Positions 20,661 to 36,995 of a DNA stretch of 64,000 bases are shown here, piece by piece. This DNA is from Basidiobolus meristosporus CBS 931.73 (lineage: Eukaryota > Fungi > Basidiobolomycota): contig MCFE01000214.1 of NCBI GenBank assembly GCA_002104905.1, positions 1 to 64,000 of the forward strand. Reading direction: 5' to 3'. How positions within the stretch are numbered: the first letter of the stretch is position 1; the number at the start of each line of letters is the position of its first letter. A model generated the notes under the pieces. The model did no database searches and had not been told where the DNA came from. It worked only from the letters and a program-made list of their open reading frames with translations. The position numbers were made by a program, and so were the translations under genes.

Positions 20661-23600
20661 TCAGAAGCAATTCAGATTTCTAAACACATTTCCCATGCGA
20701 TGTTCTTTGATGTAGTCGCCGCCCATCTCCTCGTATTCCTTTTGGGTGACAGATACCCGATTGAACTCCTCGGTGCTTTGACTGGCCCATTTACTGGCTC
20801 CTTTCCATGCATCCAGCAAAGGATCCTGTGCGCAATGGATATTAATGGGGGTTCCAGCTGGGAGGATAGCTTTCATCGATGAATGAAGGCGCAGGCTTAG
20901 ATTTGGGGTCAGTGTGTAGCCTCCGGTAAGGAAGATGCTCTGAAGAATAGGGGATCAGTGATGATGCTCAAAATCGGCGTGGTGACTAGGGAGCAAACCT
21001 ACCTTAACCATGTTGCTTCGCTGGTCGGCGTTAAACCGATGAAGTGTATCATTGATGGTCTCGACAAGTCCTGCCTGGTCTAAACCAATAATCGTGGGTT
21101 GGAACAGGACCTCCGGAACTCGGATTCTTTCCACGTTCAGATGGAGTTGATACTGCTGGGCCATATCGTCCGCTTCTAACGGCTGAAAGCCGTAATAGAA
21201 CCGATGAAGTGTGGAGGTCTGCCAGGAATTCTGCGCCTCCAGGACATCATCAGGAAGGAAGTTCTCGTCGTACTTGAGAAGGGTAGCTTCGTACTGCTCC
21301 AACAATGCTGCGTCCTCTTCTTCGGCTTCGGAATCGTCCTCCTTACTCTGCAGAAACTCGTTTAGCTGGAGAAAAAAGCGCATTTGTTCAGACTCGAACA
21401 TACTATTTGCCGGTAGACAGCCCAGTCATCGTCGTCAGCACCAAAAGTATCGTCTAGGTAGATGCCAAAGCGTTACCCACTATTAGCGCCAATGTAGGCT
21501 TCGTATTGCCACGGTACCTGTGTCTCCTCTTTTTCTTCGACGAGGTGTGACATTGGATTCACCAACTAGATTCGCGATGGATTTCATCCTTAGTTGGGAA
21601 GCGTGACTTCTTCGATCAGAGAGCTGTTCTTTGCGACGTTGTCTCGATCTAATCTTCTCGAGGAGATTCTGATGGAAACGCATATGAGCATCTTGACATG
21701 GCATCTCCTACATCACAACTGACCGTTCTTTTTCCATGCAACTCTTCAAGCCATTTCTCGGGATTCTCAAGTCTCCGCTCCTCATCCCGCTTCATTTCTT
21801 CTTCCTAAGAGGGGGGTTGGGTTGGTTACAAAATCCATGGAATGGGTCAGGAGCCTTACCTGTCGAGCCTTCTCCTCTTCCTTTGCAATCCTAGCGCGTT
21901 CTCGCGCTTCGTAGCCAGCCTTGAGCAGCTTCTGCTTTCTTTTTTCCTTTCGGTCAGCTTCCGACAGCTGTTCATCAGGTACGTCCACCAAAGAAAAGTT
22001 GGGCTTCTCCTACAAACGCCGCCAGTTGAATATACGGGTCTCCGGTAATGTCCCAACATCCCCATCTTCTTACCTTTTCTTCTTCCTCAACAATTCCTAA
22101 CTCCTTGTTTCTGGCTCTTCTAATAGCAGTCTCGGTTTTCTTGATTGCCTCGTCAAGCTCCGATTCTTCCTCGAAGCCCAAATCCTCAAGTTTGTCCTAG
22201 TATTTGGTGTTAGCTTCTGGAGAACCTCGTCCAATCCAAAAACCACACAAACCAAGAATTCACTCTTATGCATCGATCTCTTCGTCTCCTTTAGATTCTT
22301 GTAAACTTTAAGGTTCTCCTCCTTTTCGATCAACTAAGCCACGTGCTGAGCATTAGAACGGAAAGAAGTTGGCCGAGATTACAGTGCCGGGGTTACCTTC
22401 GCTAGGCGAGTTTTGGCTGCTTGCTCCTGAAGGCGCTTAGCCTGTTCTTTCCTTTTGGCAGCTATCCGTGCTTGCTCCTCCTCGGTTTTCTCCTCGACGA
22501 CCTGCAGAAGCAGGGATAGCATAAATCATCTGTAGACTCGGCCAACGCATGTCAAGGCTGACTTACCGGCGGGGTGAAGGGGAATTGTATGACGTGATCA
22601 TGCTGATTGAGATATTGTGGATCTTCAAACTGTCGCAGCTCTTGCAGGTAATCCTGAGAGAAATAGGTGTGGTCGTGCACGAGTTGCTAAGAGGGGATGT
22701 GAGGGGATTGCTGGGATTCTCTAGTCAGCCGGACCTATTAGCATACCTGCGCCTGGGTATGGCTCATCTTCGATGGGAACGTTGGATATTTCAGCTGCAT
22801 CAACTTTAACATGTAATCGGTTGCGCCAACTCCGCCGTAATTGATTCTGTCAACATAAGGATAAGGCTGTGCTCATAAGATGCCATCCAAAGACACGTAC
22901 CTTTTCGTGTGCTCCAAAACACCACGGCCACCAACCACAGGTATGACGTGGGAGGCGGTGTTACCCGATGAAATAATAAGGCCTCCGTCATCAAATGAAT
23001 GGCCGTTTCCGTAATAACTGAATAAAGAATCAATGCCATATGCAACGGAGGGAACGGAGTAGGCCTCGAATAAAAGCTCTGTCATGACTAGATTGAACCG
23101 TAAGCATCGGATGCGCTGAATGTCACATGTGTTTGATGATCCACATACTCTTTCTATTATAGTGGGGTATGCAAGGAACCTCAGTCATCAAGATGGGATG
23201 GAAGATTCTCTCTGTGTCAATTCCAAGTTGGACAAATGTATAATCGAGGATATGTTCCTTACGAAAGCTCACGTTAGCATCCATGGGCAAGGGCGTATAG
23301 GCTCCACACATCCAATGAGTACATACCATGGTGTCTGTATTATACACGATACCGTTATCGAATGCGGAGCGAGCATTCGATTTGGCCATGGGATCATGAT
23401 TGACATCATTCCCCACTACCATAACGTTCCCCGCTGCTGATTTACGGTCTCTATACTTTCCAATTACGTTCTCGAAATTGACTACATTAATATATGGTTG
23501 AAGGTCAGAGATGGTGAAGCGTCCCGGAAACAAGCGACAACTCACGTCTAGGTGTGGTCTCGGAAGCCCAACCAGCACGGCAGAACGAAGAGCCTATTCA

Positions 23601-23823
23601 AGTGAAAGAAACCCGTTAGATTTCTGTTTTGGAACCAGTTCAAACCCTCAATTTCGCTGGTCAACAGTATATCTCAAGGTGGATTCACAGTACCATTATC
23701 AATCACTATGGGCGTATTCGAGGAGAAAAACCTTTCACGGTAATCCTTGGCAGGTGACAGGGGTCCCGGGTAGGTTCTCTCTTCTAGAGTGTAGATGGGT
23801 GTAGCCGAACCGGAAGAAACCAT
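20661..23823 (-). CDS. ARP5: Actin-related protein 5 (INO80 subunit), many exons
   Basis: TPIVIDNG; PILMTEVP; MTELLFEAYSVPSVAYGIDSLFSYY; long charged insertion; ERIRVPEVLFQP; EYEEMGGDYIKEHRMGN C-terminus. Confidence 0.93.
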
Positions 23824-24029
23824 TGCTACTGAGGTTTAAACGCGTCGCAAGCTTCTTTTCAAAGAATTCGTCAAGCAGCCCAACTGGAGATAGTACGATG
23901 CGTCACGTGATCGACAATTTCCAATCGACAAATGCCGTGAAGCAAGTGAGCAAACCCGGCCAACACAACACTCGATGTTCTAGTAAATCAGACGCAGAAT
24001 ACCACAGAAAACGAAGTTTATTAACAAAT

Positions 24030-25001
24030 TTATTGAACTGTCGAGGATTTAAGGGCGTTTTGAATCAACTCGGTAATCTCTTGAACTTTAACGGTGGCGA
24101 TCTTGGAGCAACGGAAGATCTGCTCTAGATCCAGCGGTATACCACCAGCCTTCGATAGAGTACACATTTCGCGATGGGCGTTCATTGCAATGGTCATATC
24201 GCCAGTGCGAAGTTGCTCCTCCAACAGGTTTGGATCTACCACCAGCAACTCGCCATTATCAAAGAACGAGAAGGTGATGCAGATTGGAATATGATGTATG
24301 CTAAGAGGAACTGGGTTACGCTCTTCAACCGGATGGATCGTCACTTCCTCGCCCACCACAGTTACGTCAGGTCTGCGGAAATGTAAAAGTGCGGAGATGG
24401 CAGCGATGCAGGCACAGTCAATCAGATTCCCCTCATGGTCAAGAAAATGTATGTCAACACGAATCGACCAGACCTTCTCCCCGGCCACTATACATAGCCC
24501 TTCCGTGTCGATAGCTCTGCTTCTACGGAGTGCCTTTTCGATGACTCGACTAATCAATACTTCCTCTTCGGAGGGTCTGTTCGTAGGTAAGCAATGTTTA
24601 GTAAAGAGGATCTTTACGGTGTTCAGCCGTTTGCCTAGACAATCTACCTTCCAATCTCAAAGGCGGGGGAAGCCAGGGGGGAAAGCTCGGTGTTGAAAAT
24701 CAAAAACCCTTCGGTCGGCTTGTCGGGGTAAGGACGAGTAACCTCACAGGATACTTTGGCTAAAACTCTGGGGAGACGCGCGTGAATATCATACAGAGCG
24801 AGAAGCGGTTTGATGTTCTATCGTTAGACCAAGGTACCTTGTTCTGCCTAGTTGGATTTCGGCTTGTCCCAGTTCGGGACCCAGAGAGATTTTGATATTA
24901 CGGAAATCATAGAGACCACGACCATCGATACGATGCCCTTCTCTCAAGGCCTGAAGCACGAAGGTGCGTTCGTTAATTGAGGGTTCTACCTCTTTGACCA
25001 T
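24030..25001 (-). CDS. RRP45: Exosome RNase PH-like subunit Rrp45/EXOSC9
   Basis: EPSINERTFVLQALREGHRIDGR; GLCIVAGEKVWSIRVDIHFLDHEGNLIDCACIA; PLSIHHIPIC. Confidence 0.93.
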
Positions 25002-25258
25002 GAATAATGACTGTTAAAGAACGAAGTATGAAAAAATTCGAGAAACCGCTAAATCATGTGAATCTAGGATATTACTTCAATCAGTACCTCGAACGAAGGA
25101 AATTCATGTCATTTTTTTTCTTTTTCTCATTGTTTGCGCAAAGGCCAATTTTGCGGTCACTCGAAGGTGGGTGATTTTGAGGGGATAAGAAGGGGACTTG
25201 ATATTCCATAATAAATCTGGTCAGTACAAACTCCACAAGTCAACCAAGCGTCAGCACC

Positions 25259-25932
25259 ATGTCCTCGAATAAATCCCGTTCTTCTGAGCTTCTAGAAGTA
25301 AACCCCGAGGGGAATTCGCTAAGTACGTCCCTCTGTAACATCTTGCTATGGAAACTGCGTACTCACCCCTTTATTTTAGCTTCCAAACTGCTCGTTGCTC
25401 AACCAGATGCATCCCCAATTGGCGTTATTGACCCCACGCCCGAGCCCTCCTCAGTGGATAAGAAAACCTTCAAAATAAGTCCACCCAGCAATCGTAAGTT
25501 GCCCCTTCTTAAACTTGAAATCTCAAGCCTGAAATTAACCTTCTGCATGGCAGTACTCGAACGTCTTCAAAGTTTCCTACCTCAGATCGCCGAGGCAAAC
25601 CAGAAACTGCAGACGCAACTGGAGGAAGATCCTTCTAGTGTCGATATCGAGAATGTCGAAGAGGAAGAAGGCTACATAGAGATGGTAAGTCCTAAGGTGG
25701 TCAAGACGTGTCTCGTGATAGTTTGACTGACGCCCATTATCACCAGAACCTCGGTTTAGGGGTTTTCGAGGAGAAGAGTGAAGAGAATGAAGATAGTATC
25801 ATTATCAACCCTAGCGATTCAGTGAAGGCTATACCAAAATCAGCAATCGTAATGCTTGGCGGGTCGGCAGATAGCGACTCGAGTGAAGACGAGGGTGGGA
25901 GCGAGAGTGAAAGTGACCGTATGGCCGAATGA
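25259..25932 (+). CDS. NOPCHAP1: NOP protein chaperone 1 (C12orf45/DUF4598)-like, multi-exon
   Basis: VLERLQSFLPQIAEANQKL; DIENVEEEEGYIEM|NLGLGVFEEK; acidic tail. Confidence 0.75.
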
Positions 25933-26112
25933 AGAGACCCCGTATCATGATAGAGACAGAGAATTCGACCCTGGACATCAAATTTCCTAATAGACTCGAT
26001 CAAAGCCTTCCGTAGCTGAAAGTCAATGTATACAGTGCACCCTAGTGACATCGTGGAGTAAACAAGCGCGCTTTATTTCCCGGACATTTCTATTGAATTT
26101 ACATCAGAGTTC

Positions 26113-27334
26113 CTAGAACTTCTTCGGCTCCGGGTGCTGAATCTTGAGCCTGGCCCTAACGGCAGGAACCTTGAAGGCAATGTTCTGGAGCAATGAGTAA
26201 GTGCTGGAGGAAAGCCAGTAGAGGCATATACCCTGAGAAGTAGGTTAGTGAGTTGCTTAGTTGGGGGCAGGTGGGTGGGATTTACCATGGGCACTTGTGA
26301 AGCCACTGGGATCATAAATACCGAAATCCCTCGGAATATGTTTTGAATCGCCTTTTGCTTAAGTGTTGGTGCTTGCTTCATGAAGTAAGCGTTCAGCTGT
26401 GATGCGGAGAAGTCGCATTAGTCGTGGATCTCTGATGATGAGGACAGCGCAATCTCTTACCTCAGTGTTGGCCAGGTGAGTCAGTCCAATAGCAAGGGGG
26501 AAGGTCCATGTAGGATCAACGCTGGTTAGATCGGTGAACCATGCCAATCCGCCCGTTTCAAAGCCACTGATTGGATTGGATCCACTCAAGCCTAACCAAG
26601 GAATAGGATACCCACTCATATCTCTCAGAGTAAAAGAAAGGGTGATGAAGAGTGGCATTTGAACCCACGGTAGAAGAAAGCTTACAATGGGCTGACACCT
26701 ATGTTGTCGATACAGTGCTTTCACTTTGCTTCTATACTATTGGTTGCATGTGGGTTTAGATACATTCAACGGTCGCGTGCGCAAGGGTAGAACCTACTTG
26801 TTTTTGGAGCTCGTTGTTGTATTCTTCGTACGAAAATTTTTTCCTCGAAGAATCCTTGGCAATTTGCTGTTTCAAGGTCTCTCCCCAAGACAACACCACC
26901 GGTCGTAGAGCAAGCATTCTCCCAATAGAACGCTGCTGGTATAAGGCGATGGGAAAGGTCGCCACTGTCCTGAGTAGGAATGTAGTGCTGATGATAGTGG
27001 CCCACCAAGGAAGAGCGGTCCCTTGATGGACAGCTTCGAAGATGGTTTTGGTGCATTCAATGAAAAAAGGCAGAGTATCTTGGGAGGAGGTGGTGACTAT
27101 GTCGAGAGAATCGCCGAGGTTGTTTCCTACAAGGTTGGTGTCTTGGCCAAGCGTGCTGGTAGTAGTGTCTAGTGAAGTGCTCTCAGTGCTAAGGTATTTT
27201 CTGCTCGCTAGCAATTGTGGAGTTTGGTTTCGTAAGCTTAACGGAGAAAGCAGCTTCTGTATAGGAGAACGCCGTAATGGTGCACCGTTATAGAGCCAAG
27301 CCCTTCTCAGCTGGGAAGTACTGTTCAATAGCAT
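26113..27334 (-). CDS. COX18: Cox18 (Oxa1/YidC family) mitochondrial insertase
   Basis: LPWWATIISTTFLLR; LLPWVQMPLFITLSFTLR; GGLAWFTDLTSVDPTW; spliced GICLYWLSSSTYSLLQN; presequence-like N-terminus. Confidence 0.88.
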
Positions 27335-27523
27335 AATTTGCGTATTGTCTACTGGGCTTGAGGTGATACTTCGCTCTGATAGTCCGCCAACTACTCAACC
27401 TGAGGATGGTCGATTTCTCGACGATTCAATCAAATCTTTCGAAACAGTCATGAATTCCACATTAATAAAAATTTCTAACACTGCAGCCATATCTGTAGAA
27501 TCCAACGACTAGTTCTCTGAATT

Positions 27524-29213
27524 ATGTTGGTGGTTGAAGCATTCAAGGCTACTCGAGGGGCCGCGCGTAACCTCCAGCATCTCAACCGCAGACATTCTCC
27601 CCTGCTACAAAAAACCTCTCTTATTCAGAAACGTCTCTTTTTCAACTTCTTCCGGTCAGGTAATGATGCACAGGGGCTAGACAAAGAATCTTCGGCAAGC
27701 GCTTACAAGCTGAATTGGGAGGATTCCAAGCCACGCACTTTTTGCTGGGACGGCAGCCACACGCATATGTTGGGTGAGGCGTTTCCCAAGCCTGTCTTGA
27801 TTCCCGCTTTGAATGACCACAAGATTGACAGCTTTTCCTGCGGGGTAAGTTCCCCATTGGCCGTGGCTCTGTACTCTCGATGAAACTTTCTAACCAGAAG
27901 GCCCGGTTATGTTCAGGTCAATCATAGCACTGCCCTTGTTTCCAAAAAAGTGTTCTCTTGGTACGAAACAGCACCCCACCGCCCACGCTTCGTATTTTAA
28001 CCACCTTCTTATATCCCGCAGGGGAACGAACGATTATGGACAGGTAACTGGATATTCCTTCGAGCATCAAGTTCAGTCTAACAGCCTTGGCAACGTAGGT
28101 CGGACCCACCCACCAAGTGTTCGCTCTGATCGACGACGACTCCGACGATCAAGTCAACAGCCCCTTTATGATCCCCTCGTTGGCAGATGACGATTTCAAG
28201 GCAATCGCTTCGGGGAATTTCCATAACTTGGCTCTCTCGGAAGAGGGAAAGCTATGGACTTGGTAATTCTAGCATGATGGTCTGTGCACCTGGGAGACGC
28301 TAATCTTTCGCTAGGGGGGCAGGCATTCTGGGCCGTGGGACCGAGATCTATGATACCAACCCTGGATTGGTTACCTTCTTCGATGAGATCGAGAGAGTGC
28401 CCGAGTCGATACATGCGGCAGGGTAAGTGTTGACATCTCTACAGCCAACGTAAGCATGCAGCGGTTAACCGGCGTGCGATCAGTGACTATTCCCTCGTTG
28501 TCGCAAGGCCCAAGGACCCTACCCAGAATCTACAGGAAGTGTATATCTGGGGCTATCTCCCCTGTCAGAACGACGGGGCCCAAAAAGCCTTGAACCCCAT
28601 TCTCGTGGAAGGGCTACTTGGGACTGCAGTGGAGCAGATCGTGTGCTCCCCCACTCATTTTACTGCCATGGGGACCAGCCTCGACAATGGCAAGCCCACC
28701 ATGGTCTCGTTCGGCCAAACCCAAGCCCAGGTGGACGCCAAAGTTTACGAAAAGCCCTACTACCCAACCTACCACGACGTCGCCACCAACGATCGCCTGT
28801 ATTCGGAAAAGCCGAACAGCGTCATGAGTCCGCCTGACATGATCAGGCAGATATGTCCAGGCCGCGGGTTCGACCTGCTTCTGCTAGGTAATCACCAGTT
28901 CATGTTGATCCGTTGAGAACATACTAATCCATTGGCCATGGAAGCTGACGGAAGCATCTGGCGTCGAACCACGGGCCAAGCCCCAGCCAAGCTGGCAACG
29001 GATTTGCCTGAAAAGATCCTCCAGGTAGCGGTAGGCGGGACTCAGGTTGCTGCAGTTGGAGATCAGGGCGGTGTCTATTTATGGCAAGCACCGAATCCGG
29101 ATCTGCCGGAGCTTGGAAAACTTATTGGCAGCAAACAGGGTAGTCAAGTGATCCTCCGAAAGCCCGGGTTAGCAATGCTGACCTCGCAATATGATCGCTT
29201 CATGGTTTGCTGA
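27524..29213 (+). CDS. RCC1-repeat protein with mitochondrial presequence-like N-terminus (RCC1L/FMP25-like); 3' end approximate
   Basis: Spliced repeats FSCG|FNHSTAL, IASGNFHNLALSEEGKLWTW, VAVGGTQVAAVGDQGGVYLW. Confidence 0.75.
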
Positions 29214-29436
29214 GCGGAATCGGAAATGATCCCAGTTCAGAGTGGGAGAAATGATCCCATTACTCAGAGTAGGCATGAGTGGGAGAAATTTGGATTTGGA
29301 AAAGTGGCTAAAATGGGGAGCTCTATTAATATCAATAAATCTTGCGGCGCTTAATATAGACGTTCACCTGGCGAAATTCATCTCACTTTCTTTATGCGTG
29401 TACCTGGTGCTTCCTTCGTGTTGTCTAAAGATACTC

Positions 29437-32267
<2,831 letters not shown>

Positions 32268-32435
32268 GAATTCAGCCGTGTATAAACACCTACTTCATAA
32301 TGTAATTTCTGTCTCGAACCCCCCTCCCCCTCCCCAACCTCCACTTTCACCCGTGTATCTTCCAGTCTGTACCATGCAACATCGGGGAGTTTTGTCCCTC
32401 CGGAAAACGATTCACTTATTTATTGCCAAGTAAAC

Positions 32436-33809
32436 CTATTCCAAGAAATGGGCCTCGGCCATTGCTCCCATACAGTATTGATCATCATCCCACCATTTCT
32501 CGGTGGTGATGTTCACCCCATGTGGAACAAGAACCCGATCGATCACATGGACAACTCCGTTCTTGTTGATCAGGTCGGTGTGTAGAACCCGAGAATCATA
32601 GTCGACCCATAGACCAGCCTGGTTGGGGGATTCCCTCACCACGAAACGCGCCTCGTCTCCGAAGAGCATCGAGAGATCCTTGCTCTTGCGGAAGGGGTGG
32701 TCGCACTTATATTTGTGTTTGTGCTTACACTTGTCCTTGCGCTTATGCTTACGCTTGTTCTTGCGGCTATGCTTATGCTTGCGTTTGTGTTTCGAGGAGG
32801 AGGTAACTTCCTCGCTGGTAGAAGAATCGGCCGGTGAGAGATGCTTGAAACTGCTGCTGTAGGCCACTTCCAAGGACATATGATGTCTTAGGATCTTCTC
32901 CAAATCCTTTCTACCCTGGGGGGAGAAAAGGCGGTTGATGCTCTTGCAGCCCAGATTACGAAAGGCAAGGTTACTCGGCGCCAGCAGGGTGACCCCTCGG
33001 ACTTCCGACAAGAATCGATCCAACCCGGTTATTTGTAGAGCCAAATTCAAGGCAGAGAACTTGTTAGGGTGTTCGACCAGAGTTTTGGTGACGATCGAAG
33101 GCTCGGCCAGCAACTCCTGGACCACATGGATTACCCCATTGGACGCAACCAAATCAACCTCCTTTACCAGCACTTCCTCGTTCAATCTCAACCCATCGTC
33201 GACTTGAGAGATCTTGATTCGTTGCGATTTTCCCTCTAGATAATCTTCCTTATGAAAAGTCTTTGCCACTGGGGTGACCAGCAATTTCTGGGCAAGCAAG
33301 CTGCCAGGAACCGCGTGGTATCTTATGATCTTTCCACGGGTTCACATAGGAGTCGTAAATCGTGAGCAACTCTTCCCGAAAAATGGGAGGCGAGAGAACC
33401 TTAACCAACCTGTTGTAGCTTGCGAAGGCTTTCTTCTTCGGTGGGGCCTGTCTCTCTTCGGTTCAGAAACCGAGATATGGCCTCGTTGGTGGGGGCAAAG
33501 AAAGTGGTCTATCGAAGAAGCTGCGTGAAACTGGGCTCCGACTGGGCGGGAGTTGGACGGATCACTTACCTGACGCCCTGGATCTTGAAGTCGGCTAAGC
33601 AACAGTTTGTCGGCTTCTATGAGAATCGACACTTCCGAGAACCGACTCTCCTTCTTTAGCGTGTCGTAGACGGTGCTGCCGGAATCAATCTCCATCGGCT
33701 GGTAGCTCACCGGGGTTTCTTGGAACGCGAGTTGCTTTGGGAGGGACTGGGAAACGATGGAACTGACGAAGAACCATCCTAGACAACACTGAAGTCCCAA
33801 AATCCTCAT
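32436..33809 (-). CDS. Secreted fasciclin with two FAS1 domains
   Basis: Signal peptide; spliced TFFAPTNEA, YHAVPG, ASNGVIHVVQELL; second domain TLLAPSNLAF, ILRHHM, KNGVVHVIDRVLVP. Confidence 0.9.
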
Positions 33810-34356
33810 TTCTTTAGGTTATATGATGCCCTACCCTCTTGGTATGTAGTAGGTGAGAAGGTTGACAGCTTGATGGGAATCCTGAATAGGAAACCAATCA
33901 TGCGTGAAGTGGTTTATATATGAGTGGTTGACTTGCTTCGAATGATTCCCAGCTGACAAGACGATCGATCGAGACATCCCTTCCCCAATATAGATAATCA
34001 TCTCCCAAAAGAGCAATTCCAACTGTTCTCCAACACCCACTTGATACTAGGGCAGCCCACCCGATTGATCACCAGATAACTCGCTAACCCTAACCCCCCC
34101 CCTACCCACCTCCGCTCCAGCTGAATAGGCATCCTCTGCCAGGGAAACTACGGCCAACACAGAGGTTGATTTAGAAGCATTTAATCATGTAGGATCGAGC
34201 TATCAAATCGAAAGGGAACATGAATGTCACCCAATATAATGTATAGAGGAGGGGAAAGGAGGTAGGGCAAGGGTAGATGTAGAGTCCAATAGGAGAAAGA
34301 ATCGATGTCAATGGATGTTTCCCTAAAAGCTACCGGCGATCTTTCTATTTAGCTAT

Positions 34357-35087
34357 CTAATCGATGTGGACTGCGTTGAATCCAAACAATCGAACCCGGT
34401 GCATGGCGGGTAACTTTCCTATGAGGTTGATGGTCAAAGCGGTCAAGTTGATCATGAAGGTGATACCGTCGTAATGTGTGTAATGGATACCGAGAAGGAA
34501 CCTATCCCCAACAAGGAGAACTAGTTAGTAAATGCTCCGCAGGGGAAGCCGCAGCTAGGGACTTACAGAATGATCGGTGCTGCGGTGAAGTATTTCTTCG
34601 ACGGGGAGAACTGGGTGCCGTTGTCCATCTGCTCCCACAGGGTCAACTCGTCGCAGGCGCCTTGGTTAAACTCAAAGGGAACCCCGATAATCCAATGGAA
34701 CACCGCGTAACTGATCTGCAAGGGAGAGGGAAATGGAAGGGTTAGACCGAATGCGAGGGAAGATACGGTCAAAGAACACCGATATTTACAAGATTGTATG
34801 CGAGGTTGGTTAACGTCCAGCTGGTTTCGGTGGAGATCCCCGGAATCACTCCGAAAAATATTTTGAGAGCGAATATAAGTATGAAATTAAACACCCACAC
34901 CCCTATTTCAAGTGGAAACCAAATGGATGAGTGTCTTGGAGAGGAAAACGGGCCTTTCTGCCGACTCTGTCTTGGAGAGTATGGACCCACCTTTGTAGTT
35001 TACCCAGGAGGAATTTAGGTTGGTTTGACAGGTGGTATCGGTATACGTAGCATTGTCTGGAGACTTTTGATGTGTGATCACAGACAT
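34357..35087 (-). CDS. ORM1: ORM1/ORMDL sphingolipid regulator, 4 exons
   Basis: NLNSSWVNYKG|VW; SWTLTNLAYN; FHWIIGVPF; LTLWEQMDNG; KLPAMHRVRLFG. Confidence 0.93.
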
Positions 35088-35741
35088 GATGTTGAGGAGG
35101 GGATATAGGGATTAACTAGCAAAATCGAGGTTGGCGATGTGAAGAGGTATAAGAAACAGGTAATTCGGAGATGGTGTAGCTAGCCAGGAGTATTATGAAA
35201 ATCACCCTTTTTTAAGTGCAAGTGAGTAAGTGAGAGCCACGGCCAAGTGAGGGTGGTTGATAACCTCGAAATTTTTTGTTTGATTTACACTGGTCTTGAG
35301 TGGGTTGATTTGTAATGATTTGGTGATTTGTTTGGTCGAATAACTAGCCAAGCTGGAAATATGTGGCCACGTCGGTTGGTTGGGAATTGAGGTGGATCTT
35401 GAGGAATGGCTGGGTTTTCGTCGGCCATGCCATGCTACCTGTGCGGAAAGGGATAGAACATGGTGGATGACATAACGAGCGGAATCCATGTGATACGAAA
35501 GCTTACGTATTCCGTGATTTCCTTACAAGTGGACTACGGAAAAAATATCGTCAGTGGGTGTTCAGTACGGATAGATAGGGTAAATGGTGGTTTATTTACT
35601 ATTCACACATGTGTAAAATGGATTTATAGGAAATTAATGGTCAGCAACTATGCAACATTCAACCAACATAGAAGTGCTCAGGGTGGCAACGAGCACGGTA
35701 GTGATGGTGGTGGTGGTGAGGAGGGCGGGGTGGGGTGGCAC

Positions 35742-36560
35742 TTAAATCTCCTTCTTGGATTCTTCAGCACGGCCCTCCCGGATCTTTTCAAGGTCATTGT
35801 GTTGGTCAGCAAGTCGGTTGTACTCGGTGGATTGATTATCAGCTTGCTTTTTCAAGAGTTCAAAGTCACGGTCCTTCCTCTTAAGGTCATCCAATTCTTT
35901 CAAAAGTTCCGCGATTTGTTTCTCTTGTTTGTCGTTGGATTCTTGGTAGAACTTGACATCCTTGTGCTCGACCGGCGAATGCTCTCCGAATTTCTCTAGC
36001 TCCTCTTGGACGTAGAACAAGTCCATGAGGATGGCGAATGTGCGGTTGATGATGAGGGAAAGGAACAATGTGAACCCGGTGAGGTACATGTTTCTCTGAC
36101 TGTAGAATTTCTTGACGTGCAACTGAGTATCGGTACGAGGATCGGCCAGGTTGGCTTGATTAACTTCTTCCGTGGCACGGATCATTCTATTGACGGAATC
36201 GATGAACAGGATGAACACGAAAAACCCTACGATATTGATGATGTATTGATTCCTGCGTATGATTCCAGACTCGTCGATCTTCATCAAGGCGGCTCGCTTC
36301 CATTTCTTAGGGAAGGGGAACTAGAATGGACGAAAGATGGTTACTACCGATGTTTGGATACCATACAGAAGGGTGAAATCGATAATGCGGATGATGAACA
36401 CGAAGAGGTATATTACGTACCACCATCAAACCAAAGAGAGTCATCTAGAGATTAAGTGAGATAAGTACTTCGGCCCCGCAACAACAGCCACGAGCATATC
36501 TCGGAAAAGACTTACCTCGAAAATCAGCAGGCCAAACACGATACTGTAATACAAGACCAT
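35742..36560 (-). CDS. YET3: BAP29/BAP31 family ER membrane protein
   Basis: MVLYYSIVFGLLIFE start exon; KKFYSQRNMYLTGFTLFLSLII; coiled coil LKKQADNQSTEYNRL; C-terminal KKEI di-lysine-type signal. Confidence 0.92.
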
Positions 36561-36944
36561 CTTGAATCTTTGTATGGATTAATAGTGTTATGATAATAAA
36601 GGAACGGAAGGGAGACAGGAAAAGGAATTAAAAACTGAGGTTTGGTAGTTCTTGGAAATGAACTTTATACCATGCCCGGAGTGGTTCTTTCCTATGACGT
36701 GTTCCGGCGGAAAAAATCATGCACACACTGACGAATGAGCGCTTCCATTTATAGGATGGTACGTCAAAATCATATCACTGATCATTAGCATACAATTTCA
36801 TCCCAATGCCCATGATTTCTCACTGAACCCAGTCAATCACATGTATCCACAAGACAGCGCAAGCACTACACTTACACCAGGCTACCATTGGATAAAACCC
36901 AGGTACACGCCAGAGTAATATATGACTGTAATTGGTATGGGTGC

Positions 36945-36995
36945 GGGTAATGGTAAGGGTAAGGGTAAGAGCAAGGGCAAGGGCAAGGATTAGGG
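36945..36995 (+). repeat. G-rich hexamer microsatellite (GGGTAA/GGGCAA variants)
   Basis: gggtaatggtaagggtaagggtaagagcaagggcaagggcaaggattaggg, intergenic. Confidence 0.75.

Noticed and set aside
20579-23910. CACGTG(A) E-box/Cbf1-like sites upstream of the second PPR gene and ARP5 (also near 37101)
   Set aside because: Short common motif; no conservation or enrichment evidence available from one window.
33342-33560. Basic insertion (PHQRGH...RRRKP) in the first FAS1 domain suggested by the ORF track
   Set aside because: Wrong frame: after splicing the real frame reads TFFAPTNEAISRFL.
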